From: a virus | Strand: one strand, 5' to 3' | Length of the DNA stretch: 64,000 nt | IMG/VR virus record: IMGVR_UViG_3300026488_000012 | Span: 1 to 64,000 of that record | Part shown: positions 6,459-15,199 of the stretch, one piece after another | Layout of the letters: each line of letters opens with the position of its first letter | Numbering within the stretch: the first letter of the stretch is position 1 | Position numbers and translations under genes: made by a program | The notes under the pieces: model-generated | The model's database searches: none | What the model was told of the DNA's origin: nothing | The model's input: the letters and a program-made list of their open reading frames with translations, nothing else

Positions 6459-8258
6459 ATGGCTGTAAACGTTAAAAAAGGAACAGTTGAAAATAAAGTA
6501 GAATTAGGTTTCGGAATGGAAGAAAATGTAACTGCAAGAGTTGAAAATGAATCTAAAGGAGGTTTCGGAATGAAATCAAGTATATTTTCAAAATTTATGA
6601 AATTTAATATGGGTAGCGAATATACTAATAAAATCAAAGATAAATTAGCAGAAATCCTAAGAGAACAAAACGAATTCTCTTATAAAATCTTTGTATTTGA
6701 TAATACAAGCGGCGCGTATAATGGGTGGCCGTATAGTTTTATTGTACCAGTATTGTTTAACAATAAAACTAAAAAGGCTTTTTATGTACCGTTGCTATTA
6801 GAAGCTACTGGCAGAGGCCCAGTAGACATTAGACAAGTTTTGGAAATCGATCCTCAAAGAGGATTTGTTAAAATCAAAGATCAGAGTGCATTGTTTATGC
6901 CTAGTGACTACTTTAACGATATCGTACTAGGTGAAATTGAGAAAGTAATTCAGACAAACTTGCCTGATAGAGAAGTTACATATGTAGATGGGGAAATCAT
7001 CCCTAGTGAGGCAGATATTGATAAAATAGGTTTCTTCGTTGCGTTGGATGTATATAACGGCGCGTTTGTGTACGAATTATATACAGACGGAGATTTCGTA
7101 GACCTATACGCAGGTGAGTTAGTAGAGGATAAAAGTTATCAGCTATTTGAAGATGTAGTTTTGAATGTTGGAAATGGTATTAACAGACTTGGCAGAGTAA
7201 CTGCCCTCGATTTTAATATCAAACTACAATTAAGAAAACAAAGTAATAACCAACTGCCTACGATGATGAATTATAATAGAAATATAGGCGATGTGACTGG
7301 TTATATAGAACAGGCACTAGTTGTACAGAAAGATATAATGGGTAACACCATTAGAAAAGGGGTACCAGTTATCATAGTTAACGATATAGACACTGAGTAC
7401 CCTACACTAGGATATACATTATTGAACCTTGCCAACACTGCTGTGTTTGGTCACCAAAACATTTTACTGAATGCTCTCTACAATAAACCAAATATCGGAG
7501 CTTTGAATTATATTGTTAACGTAGAAAAAGCTCAAGAGTTTGGTAAGAAAGTTAACTTAAAGGATACTAAATACACTATTGACAAAGCATTTGCGTTCTT
7601 GAGCAAAATGTTCATTGTGAATAATTATGCAGTAGCATTTGAAACTGAACTAAATGGTAGAGAGTATTTCAAGACTTCGGTATTTGCAGCGTTAGTAGAT
7701 AGAAACGCTTGGAAGTCTGCGAATGATTTTATCGTATCTACTGCTGAACAGTTGACTGGTTCTAATTTCGAAAATAGAACTGTATTTACATATGCTATTG
7801 AAGTTCCAGTAGGGACATGGGTAGACGCGAATGGTAATATCAGAGATATTAGAGAAATTGACTTATCCACTATCTGTTCATTAACAAATGATATTAACCT
7901 AATCCAAAAATGGTTGCTAAGTAATGAGGACCCTGCGACTTCAGGTATCGATCCGTTCATTACGAAACTAGAAGTTTTACTAAAATTAGGTATCGATGCT
8001 AAAGTTGAAAATAAAGCTGTAAGGGTAATGATGAACCCAGGCTTTATGAGTGAACTCATTACTAAACTACAAAGCATCGGGATTAATCCAGTTGTTAACG
8101 CTAATGCTATCCAGACAACAGCATTCATCGATATGGCTAGCCTCGGTACTAGCAGCATTACAGCGGCTATGCTTAACGCACAATTCGGGGCTATGCCTGG
8201 ATTCGGCAATAACTACAATATTCAGAATTTTGGTAGATTCAGCGGGTTCTTCAGATAA
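6459..8258 (+). CDS. chmA: Chimallin, major phage nuclear shell protein
   Basis: 599 aa; segments VPVGTWVDANGNIRDIREIDL and KAVRVMMNPGFMSELITKLQSIG parallel the chimallin C-terminal half (IDLGNW...RDRRDLD; KAERCTYNAKFIEAL); low-complexity termini; upstream of nvRNAP beta'. Confidence 0.85.
   Translation: MAVNVKKGTVENKVELGFGMEENVTARVENESKGGFGMKSSIFSKFMKFNMGSEYTNKIKDKLAEILREQNEFSYKIFVFDNTSGAYNGWPYSFIVPVLFNNKTKKAFYVPLLLEATGRGPVDIRQVLEIDPQRGFVKIKDQSALFMPSDYFNDIVLGEIEKVIQTNLPDREVTYVDGEIIPSEADIDKIGFFVALDVYNGAFVYELYTDGDFVDLYAGELVEDKSYQLFEDVVLNVGNGINRLGRVTALDFNIKLQLRKQSNNQLPTMMNYNRNIGDVTGYIEQALVVQKDIMGNTIRKGVPVIIVNDIDTEYPTLGYTLLNLANTAVFGHQNILLNALYNKPNIGALNYIVNVEKAQEFGKKVNLKDTKYTIDKAFAFLSKMFIVNNYAVAFETELNGREYFKTSVFAALVDRNAWKSANDFIVSTAEQLTGSNFENRTVFTYAIEVPVGTWVDANGNIRDIREIDLSTICSLTNDINLIQKWLLSNEDPATSGIDPFITKLEVLLKLGIDAKVENKAVRVMMNPGFMSELITKLQSIGINPVVNANAIQTTAFIDMASLGTSSITAAMLNAQFGAMPGFGNNYNIQNFGRFSGFFR
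6486..6572 (+). repeat. 54-nt-period tandem duplication in chimallin 5' end (VEN...GFGM x2)
   Basis: gttgaaaat at 6486 and 6540; ggtttcggaatg at 6507 and 6561. Confidence 0.7.
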
Positions 8259-8315
8259 GGACCCGTCTCTACCTTTTTTTTTTGTTTTATTGTGATTTAA
8301 AGACAAGGAGGTACG

Positions 8316-9404
8316 ATGTCAGATTTTATCAGTTATAGAAATAGTAAAATTAAAACAGATGATGAAAACGATTCTGTGTTAGGATTTACGCCTTGTTCAT
8401 ATATGCCTAAACCTTGGATAGATTATGGAGGAGATGAAATAACCGATACTAAAATAAGAGAGAAGTTTTTTGATTATTACCTAAAAGACATGGAGATCAT
8501 GACAGGTCTGTCTAAAGAGACTATAATAAGGAAATTGTTTAAAAAGTCTTTAGAAAGACTCTTAACGTTAAAGAAAGATAACTTTCCAGTACAGAATTCG
8601 TTAAACAACGAAGAAATAGACCCGTTTATTAGTTTCTATGTAAATAACGGAACACTAGAACCACCTAACTTTCTATATACTGGTTTCAAATATCCTTTTG
8701 AGAATTACTCTGATAGTACTGATATTATTAATATACCAGAAAGAGTCATATACGATAAGGAGCATAAAGCAGTTATCGAAATAGAGACATCAAGTATTTC
8801 TGAAACAGAAGAATCCACGGAGACAGAGACTACAACTACATCTAACTCTATAATACCTCTCTTTAACATAGATGACAAATACATATTTGAATACAGTGTA
8901 AATAATGATAATATAGAATTGTTTTATAGTAACAGTCCTACCCCTATAACGATAACAGATAAATTAAGAGTTATAAAAGATATGAATGGTATAACTATAA
9001 GAGACGTTAATTATAATATTTTTAATAAGTATATTCCTACGTTAGAAGATATGAAAAGGTTTATCCTGAGTGAGTTGGTAACTGTATTCTTTTACCTACA
9101 ATATGTTAAATACAGACTAGTATGGAAGGATAGAAGTGAAGAAACAGTATTTATTTCGATACCTTACAAAGATGCTAATAGAACCATAGAATGCGGTAGA
9201 AGATTTAACAAACATATAACAGATGTTTCACTAAACCCTGATTTATTAACATTAGAAAAAACAGGTGATTTCTTTTATTATTATGGATATCTTATTCTCT
9301 ATGGTGAGATACTGTATAAATTCACAATCAGTGATTTAGAGTTTGAAAAATTGAATTCCGAGGATATAAAACCATTCATTAACTTAGAAATACTGAACAT
9401 CTGA
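8316..9404 (+). CDS. Hypothetical protein between chimallin and nvRNAP beta'
   Basis: 362 aa, SD aaggagg; central S/T/E-rich linker SSISETEESTETETTTTSNS. Confidence 0.75.
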   Translation: MSDFISYRNSKIKTDDENDSVLGFTPCSYMPKPWIDYGGDEITDTKIREKFFDYYLKDMEIMTGLSKETIIRKLFKKSLERLLTLKKDNFPVQNSLNNEEIDPFISFYVNNGTLEPPNFLYTGFKYPFENYSDSTDIINIPERVIYDKEHKAVIEIETSSISETEESTETETTTTSNSIIPLFNIDDKYIFEYSVNNDNIELFYSNSPTPITITDKLRVIKDMNGITIRDVNYNIFNKYIPTLEDMKRFILSELVTVFFYLQYVKYRLVWKDRSEETVFISIPYKDANRTIECGRRFNKHITDVSLNPDLLTLEKTGDFFYYYGYLILYGEILYKFTISDLEFEKLNSEDIKPFINLEILNI

Positions 9405-9417
9405 AAAAGTAAGATAT

Positions 9418-9446
9418 ACTATCATAGGGTAGTCCCCTATGATAGT
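9418..9446 (+). terminator. Intrinsic terminator
   Basis: actatcataggg/ccctatgatagt followed by T-run. Confidence 0.75.
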
Positions 9447-9472
9447 TTTTTGTTTTAAACTTTATATATTGT

Positions 9473-9490
9473 TATCTTACTAAAATGCAA
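9473..9490 (+). promoter_or_regulatory. Putative early promoter (18-nt motif)
   Basis: TATCTTACTAAAATGCAA upstream of nvRNAP beta'. Confidence 0.7.
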
Positions 9491-9550
9491 AGACATGAAT
9501 GAATCATAGTATAAATACAAACAAACTAAATTAACAAAAAGGAGTTAACT

Positions 9551-10996
9551 ATGCCTATTATCCAACATTTTAAAGATTTAGATAATCTGTTCTTAGAAAC
9601 TGAAAACAAAATCATAATTAATGATTTACCTATCGATAGTATAGAGGACTTAGTAAATAACACGTTTGTTGTTTACGATAAGAAGTTAGATATGGTTCCT
9701 AAATGTTTATGCGGAGAGCTAAGAGGGATGTATCTTAAGGGCGAGTATTGCAACAAATGTGGTACTAAAGTAATGGATAGGTTTAGAGATTTAAAACCAT
9801 TATTCTGGATTAGAAAGTTTAAAGATGATTTACCATTCTTATCTCCATATGTATGGGGTATGTTTAACCAGTTAATGGGTAAAGAAGACTATATGCGTTG
9901 GCTAACTGATACGACGTATAACCCGAAACAGCCTCCTGCATTTCTACACACGATAGCAGCGGTTATAGGAGGGAGAGGTTATAAGAATGTAATAGAAAAT
10001 CTTGAACTTATAATAGATGTTCTAAAAAACAATTCGAAGTTTAATAAACCGGATAAACAGTTAGATTTAAAGATATTAGCAGATCTAATAAAGAATCATA
10101 AATCAGAGATATTCAGCGATTATATACCTGTATTAGATAAGAACTTCTTCATTAAGGAGAAAGTTAATAAAGAAATATTCACGTCTGATTTACTGGGAGA
10201 TGTTAACAATATAGTAACGCTGGCTATAATAACTGCAAACAAATCTAAGGTGACTGATAAACGATATGAGATAACAACGGCTAAGATAATAAGTTATACA
10301 AGTAACTTATTTAACAAATACGTAAGAGAGAACTTATCAGGTAAAAAGAAGTTAGTGAGGAAACATATATATGGAGCTAGAGCACATTTTACTGCTAGGG
10401 CAGTTATTACAGCTATCTCTGGTAAACACCAGTACGATGAACTACATATCCCATGGATAATAGCAGTGGAGTTATTGAGACCACATTTGATCAATAAGTT
10501 AACTAAAAGAGGATATAATTATAGGGTAGCAAGTGAAAAAGTATTCGCTGCTGAGACTACGTATGATAAAGAAATAGATGAGATATTTCAGGAGTTAATA
10601 AAAGAAAGTCCTGAAGGAGGAATACCTGTCTTATTCCAAAGGAATCCGTCTCTGTTACAAAGTTCATCGTTATATTTAAGAATAACAAAGATTAAAACAG
10701 ATTTACAGGATAACACTATTAGTTTATCTACTATGGTGGTAAAACTCCCTAATGGAGATTATGATGGTGACGCTATGAATCTAATATTACTAATAGATAA
10801 CAAAATGGCTGATTTAGCCAAGACTTTAGAACCGCATTATGGAATTATTAATCTGGATTACTTTAAAATAAACGGGTTACTATATATACCGTCTACGATA
10901 CTACCAACAGTTGCTTCTTATTTAACTAGTGAAACAGAGGAGGTAAAGGATGACCCAGTAGCTAAGAAATTATTAGAATTAGATAAACAACATTAG
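9551..10996 (+). CDS. rpoC: Non-virion RNA polymerase beta' subunit, N-terminal part with catalytic motif (phiKZ gp55-like)
   Basis: Zn-binding CLCG...CNKCG; GARAHFTARAVI; FQRNPSL; catalytic NGDYDGD. Confidence 0.92.
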   Translation: MPIIQHFKDLDNLFLETENKIIINDLPIDSIEDLVNNTFVVYDKKLDMVPKCLCGELRGMYLKGEYCNKCGTKVMDRFRDLKPLFWIRKFKDDLPFLSPYVWGMFNQLMGKEDYMRWLTDTTYNPKQPPAFLHTIAAVIGGRGYKNVIENLELIIDVLKNNSKFNKPDKQLDLKILADLIKNHKSEIFSDYIPVLDKNFFIKEKVNKEIFTSDLLGDVNNIVTLAIITANKSKVTDKRYEITTAKIISYTSNLFNKYVRENLSGKKKLVRKHIYGARAHFTARAVITAISGKHQYDELHIPWIIAVELLRPHLINKLTKRGYNYRVASEKVFAAETTYDKEIDEIFQELIKESPEGGIPVLFQRNPSLLQSSSLYLRITKIKTDLQDNTISLSTMVVKLPNGDYDGDAMNLILLIDNKMADLAKTLEPHYGIINLDYFKINGLLYIPSTILPTVASYLTSETEEVKDDPVAKKLLELDKQH

Positions 10997-11005
10997 GAGG
11001 TAGAT

Positions 11006-11596
11006 ATGATACAAGCTAAAGTAATAGAAGTACCAAAGGGAATCGGTGTAGAAAATATAATAAACCCGTATTTCGATCCAGGGTTATTAAGTTATGCACA
11101 AGAATCACTTATGAGTTTACAAAATAAACTTACAGATATAGGACAGTCGTTCTTAAATAAAACTCAAGAGCTGTTAAACTTTTACCAGAGTAACGATATA
11201 ATTAACCAAGTCAAAGATACGATTATTAAAACAGGTAATGTCAACCAGAACAGTATCCATTATGTCGATTGTAATAATATAAACCAAGCAGGATTAGTTA
11301 TGGCTGGTTGGATTATGTCTAATCCAGTATTATGGAACCTATATCAAAGTTTTGCTATATCTGGTTATGACGATTCGTTTAGACTTGACAACCCTAATGA
11401 CATAGAGGATATGTATAGAAGAGTGATAGATGGCGTAGTTGAGGTAAATGATGAAGGTTGGGAAGTTAATTTCTATGGTGCAGAAAATGATTTAACAACA
11501 AGACAACAAGTAACTATACTCGATGCTTGGGATTGTGCTTTAGAATTTATAAATGAAGGTAAAGACCCAACAAGTGAGAATTTTCAAGATTTGTAA
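11006..11596 (+). CDS. Conserved chimallivirus-type hypothetical protein following nvRNAP beta'
   Basis: Pattern MAGWIMSNP...GY.D...YRRVIDGVV...LT..QQ..IL..W is typical of the gene downstream of the gp55-like subunit (recall). Confidence 0.6.
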   Translation: MIQAKVIEVPKGIGVENIINPYFDPGLLSYAQESLMSLQNKLTDIGQSFLNKTQELLNFYQSNDIINQVKDTIIKTGNVNQNSIHYVDCNNINQAGLVMAGWIMSNPVLWNLYQSFAISGYDDSFRLDNPNDIEDMYRRVIDGVVEVNDEGWEVNFYGAENDLTTRQQVTILDAWDCALEFINEGKDPTSENFQDL

Positions 11597-11619
11597 CAAG
11601 GGATATATATCCCTTGTTA
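11594..11619 (+). terminator. Terminator (perfect 26-bp palindrome plus T-run)
   Basis: taacaagggatatatatcccttgtta followed by T-tract. Confidence 0.75.
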
Positions 11620-11647
11620 TTTTTTTTTTATACGAATCTACCGTGAA

Positions 11648-11663
11648 TACGATGATTAAATAC
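11648..11663 (+). promoter_or_regulatory. Putative late promoter motif
   Basis: TACGATGATTAAATAC, near-identical to 1403-1418. Confidence 0.5.
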
Positions 11664-11679
11664 CTAATAAAGGAAAGTA

Positions 11680-12723
11680 ATGGAAAACATTAACTTTACA
11701 CAATTGACAGATATGAGTAGTAAATACAAGGATATAAGATATTCAGGGTTGATTAATACTATACTCTTACAAAATGGTAAGAAACCTATAGACGCTGGTT
11801 TAGAAGATATTAACTATATAGCTACTATAGTTAATACAATAGAAGAGTTCATGTATGATACGTATAAAGGTTTACTAGACTGGATAGCTACTACTGAGAT
11901 CGTTGTTGAGAAAGCCATATATAAGACAAGACAAAATAATATCAGATTACTAAAGGATTTTATAGATAGTAAGAATAAATACTCATCTATAAACTTTTTA
12001 GAAGTTAAGGATTTAAAAGTACCAGTATTATTAGGATTAAAAGTAGATTTACACACCGTAAATAAAGAGCTTGCTAACACGAGCTACGTTAAACGAGTAA
12101 TAGATGAAATCCAGTACGCAAATGAGTTATTTAACCTACTCAAAAGTAATAATGGTATAACCGTGGATAAATTAGGAAATAAAACTATAGATATTGATGA
12201 ATTAGAAAACAGATGTAAGCTATTAGAGAAAGATATAAGTAACATAAAAAAGACAATAAAAAAGATTATTGATGAAAAGTCAGTAAAAGATGTTAAACCG
12301 TTAAAAGAAGTAGTTAGAAATATGAGTGATTTAATTAAATCCTCTGAAGATACTCTTAAACTAGGAGTGATGTATAGTGTAGAAAAAATAGAAGCTATAG
12401 ATAGATATTACGAAGATCTTGTATCTAACATAGATGAAACATTAGAGTTAATGAACGTTAAAAAAGATACTAAATTGAAACACGATAAAGATACCATAAT
12501 CGTGTTATCTACTTATATAAGAGACTTAGCAGACTTAATAAGTATGGTTAGTATGTTATTCTTCTTATACAGTACTACTGTAGATATGGAGATAGGTATA
12601 TTTAAAATACTCGATGCATATATCGAAAAAAGAAGTCCTAGTAACATTAAACAAATAGTTGAACTAACCATAGATGGTATAAAGAGTACCATAAACGATA
12701 TAGGTAATTTATTTAAATTCTGA
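11680..12723 (+). CDS. Putative internal head (inner-body/ejection) protein
   Basis: 347 aa, helical; AGLE-D candidate protease site at residues 39-43; KVPVLLGLKV motif resembles phiKZ-like head paralogs. Confidence 0.5.
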   Translation: MENINFTQLTDMSSKYKDIRYSGLINTILLQNGKKPIDAGLEDINYIATIVNTIEEFMYDTYKGLLDWIATTEIVVEKAIYKTRQNNIRLLKDFIDSKNKYSSINFLEVKDLKVPVLLGLKVDLHTVNKELANTSYVKRVIDEIQYANELFNLLKSNNGITVDKLGNKTIDIDELENRCKLLEKDISNIKKTIKKIIDEKSVKDVKPLKEVVRNMSDLIKSSEDTLKLGVMYSVEKIEAIDRYYEDLVSNIDETLELMNVKKDTKLKHDKDTIIVLSTYIRDLADLISMVSMLFFLYSTTVDMEIGIFKILDAYIEKRSPSNIKQIVELTIDGIKSTINDIGNLFKF

Positions 12724-12740
12724 TACAGAAAGGATAAGTT

Positions 12741-12929
12741 ATGGATAAGGAGAAAATAAAGGAAATTTTGAAAGAACTTGAAGAAGCCAAACGGGAAGGA
12801 ACCTATGGCGAAGACAGGTTAGAAAAACTAAAAACAGAGTTCTGTCTAGAAGAACTAAAAGAGATAAAAGCTTTTTTAAGGACACGTTGTCCTAACTATA
12901 AAAAAATAATAGATTGTGAAGATAAGTGA
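12741..12929 (+). CDS. Small hypothetical protein
   Basis: 62 aa, SD aagga, ends in a terminator stem. Confidence 0.6.
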   Translation: MDKEKIKEILKELEEAKREGTYGEDRLEKLKTEFCLEELKEIKAFLRTRCPNYKKIIDCEDK

Positions 12930-12948
12930 GGCAGATACCTCACTTATC
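12921..12948. terminator. Bidirectional terminator hairpin
   Basis: gataagtgagg/cctcacttatc spanning convergent stops. Confidence 0.75.
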
Positions 12949-14308
12949 GTTTATATAAAATACCTCTGTATTTACCCATAGTTATTAACCATTCACCATT
13001 ATCCAACTTAATGTAATAACCTATATCATACATAGCGTTTTCGTTCTCTTTATAAAAAACAACAACATCGGTAACGTTATTTTTAATCTTCTTAAATAAC
13101 GCTTGTTCAGGTAAATCTACTTTAAATCTTATTTTAGCTTTAACTCCATTTTTAAATTTATACTTTATTATATCGTTAGATATGTTATCATAGACTACAT
13201 TTTTTATATCCTCAGTAACAATACCTTCACTATCGTTTTCAATCATATCTCTTATCTCGTATAACTCTTTAAAATATTGAACTGTATACCAAGATAGGGA
13301 TTCTGGATAAATTTCAGTAGCTAATATCGACATAGTATTATCATTAGTTACTACCATATCTTTAATCGTTCTTATCTTTCTTATATAGTTAATATCATAC
13401 ATATTTAATCTTCTTGATATGTTCTTGTTAAAAAGTTCCTGTAGTATAATTGTAGTTGGTTTTAATAAATCAGAACCATCATTTATAGTATCGACAACCA
13501 GTTGTATCTCTTTAGGAATATTATTAGTTTTTATAATAGTGTAATTAACCTCAGGCATTTTTTTACCGGTTTCTTCAAGGTCTGATTTCTTATAATTAGT
13601 TATACAGTGTAGGTTACCATTATCCAGTATATAATCGTTCTTTAAAGTTATAAGTAGTTGTTTGTACTTCTCTAATAAAACAGACATTTCTGGTTTATAT
13701 CCCCAGTATTCATAGAACTCCATCTGATGCTCGTTAACAATGAATAAATGATTGTCTATATTTACGTTATCTTTTGGTTTCCTTATAAGTCTCCCTATGT
13801 TTGATAAAATATCTGCTTCTTCATTTCCGAGATGACCTACATGAGCTGTTATCTTAAATACTTCGAAATCATAATTTACTTTATCTAACATCCTTTTTAA
13901 TGTTTCCAAATATTCGGTATTTTTATTATAGTTGTTTTCTCTGTTGTTAATATAACTATTTACAAAGTAATAAACATATTCAGAGTCTATATGAACTATC
14001 AGCTTGTCGTCTTTATTAAGTCTTTCATTCGCTAATTTTAATACATAAATCATAGCGTCTAACTCGGCTTGATTACTGGTTAAAGAATTAACATTCTTAC
14101 CATATACATCTATTACATACAGAGGATTTATTTCAGGTACCTTACCCTTTTCTTTTTTATTAACATATCCTTTATCACTGACTATCCATTTAGAATCTAT
14201 ATTCTTTTTATTTTTACCGTCTTCACCTATAACGATATGTATTCCAAATCCTGTATTACCTGGATTAGGCTTTGCAGAACCATCTACATAAGCTATCATA
14301 TACTTCAT
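12944..14308 (-). CDS. rnhA: Ribonuclease HI with long C-terminal extension (phiKZ-like)
   Basis: YVDGSAKPNPG, NQAELDAM, HIDSEYV, AHVGHLGNEEAD: all RNase HI catalytic motifs. Confidence 0.92.
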   Translation of the reverse strand: MKYMIAYVDGSAKPNPGNTGFGIHIVIGEDGKNKKNIDSKWIVSDKGYVNKKEKGKVPEINPLYVIDVYGKNVNSLTSNQAELDAMIYVLKLANERLNKDDKLIVHIDSEYVYYFVNSYINNRENNYNKNTEYLETLKRMLDKVNYDFEVFKITAHVGHLGNEEADILSNIGRLIRKPKDNVNIDNHLFIVNEHQMEFYEYWGYKPEMSVLLEKYKQLLITLKNDYILDNGNLHCITNYKKSDLEETGKKMPEVNYTIIKTNNIPKEIQLVVDTINDGSDLLKPTTIILQELFNKNISRRLNMYDINYIRKIRTIKDMVVTNDNTMSILATEIYPESLSWYTVQYFKELYEIRDMIENDSEGIVTEDIKNVVYDNISNDIIKYKFKNGVKAKIRFKVDLPEQALFKKIKNNVTDVVVFYKENENAMYDIGYYIKLDNGEWLITMGKYRGILYKR

Positions 14309-14395
14309 AACTACTCCTTATCCGTTATTTCCAGTAATTATTCCACTATTAAAAATAGTAGTATTTTGTGAATTTCAGTATAGAAGGAGATAAGA

Positions 14396-14893
14396 ATGAT
14401 TAACAAGATAATTAAACTAAATAACTGGAGAGGTATAATAAACGTTATCATTATAGTAGCAACTATATCTATGTTATCTATAGTTATATACGGTATCTAT
14501 AGTACTCTAAAAATGTTCGGTGTAATAGAGAACAAAGATGAGAAAATAGCTGTATTACAAAACGTTACTAAATCTTACGAAGAAAAGAACAAAGATTTAG
14601 TTAATACTATTAAAGAAGTTAAAAAGCATAGTGAAACTTCTGTAAAGATTATAACAAAATACGAAGAAGAAAAGATTAAAATAATTAAGAAGAATTTTGA
14701 AATAAAAAGGAAAATTAAAAGTAAAGAAGAAAAAGTTAAAAAGATAAAGACTATAAAACCTAAGGAAACAACTAATAACGTAATAAAGATAGACAGACAT
14801 AAATACATAGAAACGGGTAAAATACATATAAATAGTATATGGATAATGTATAACGATGTAAAAGGAGTTAACGATGAGAGTAATAATAAGTAG
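14396..14893 (+). CDS. Inner-membrane spanin (Rz-like)
   Basis: Single N-terminal TM helix, then coiled coil; overlaps a downstream lipoprotein gene. Confidence 0.7.
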   Translation: MINKIIKLNNWRGIINVIIIVATISMLSIVIYGIYSTLKMFGVIENKDEKIAVLQNVTKSYEEKNKDLVNTIKEVKKHSETSVKIITKYEEEKIKIIKKNFEIKRKIKSKEEKVKKIKTIKPKETTNNVIKIDRHKYIETGKIHINSIWIMYNDVKGVNDESNNK

Positions 14894-15179
14894 TCTTCTA
14901 TTGTTAATAATGATGACAGGATGTGCTACAAAAACGGAAATAAAAGAAGTAAGAGTAGTTAAGAAAATAAAACTAATACCTCCTAAGAAATTAATTAATG
15001 ATGATATAGCGCTACCTGAACCTCCTAATAAGGAAAAATATATAAAATCAGGACCTATTACAAGAGAGAATATGTTAACGTTCTATATCATAGACTTATT
15101 GTCCGTTATAAAGGAATATAAGTTAAAATTAAAATCCATTAATAACTGGTACAAGGAAACAAACACTACAAGTAGGTGA
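14874..15179 (+). CDS. Outer-membrane lipoprotein spanin (Rz1-like)
   Basis: Lipobox LLLLIMMTG-C, Pro-rich segment, overlap with the i-spanin 3' end. Confidence 0.75.
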   Translation: MRVIISSLLLLIMMTGCATKTEIKEVRVVKKIKLIPPKKLINDDIALPEPPNKEKYIKSGPITRENMLTFYIIDLLSVIKEYKLKLKSINNWYKETNTTSR

Positions 15180-15196
15180 TATCACCTACTTGTAGT
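15165..15196. terminator. Bidirectional terminator (perfect 32-bp palindrome)
   Basis: actacaagtaggtgat|atcacctacttgtagt between convergent genes. Confidence 0.75.
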
Positions 15197-15199
15197 TAA

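Noticed and set aside
7625-8209. 194-aa antisense ORF in chimallin
   Set aside because: Shadow ORF with no translation signals.
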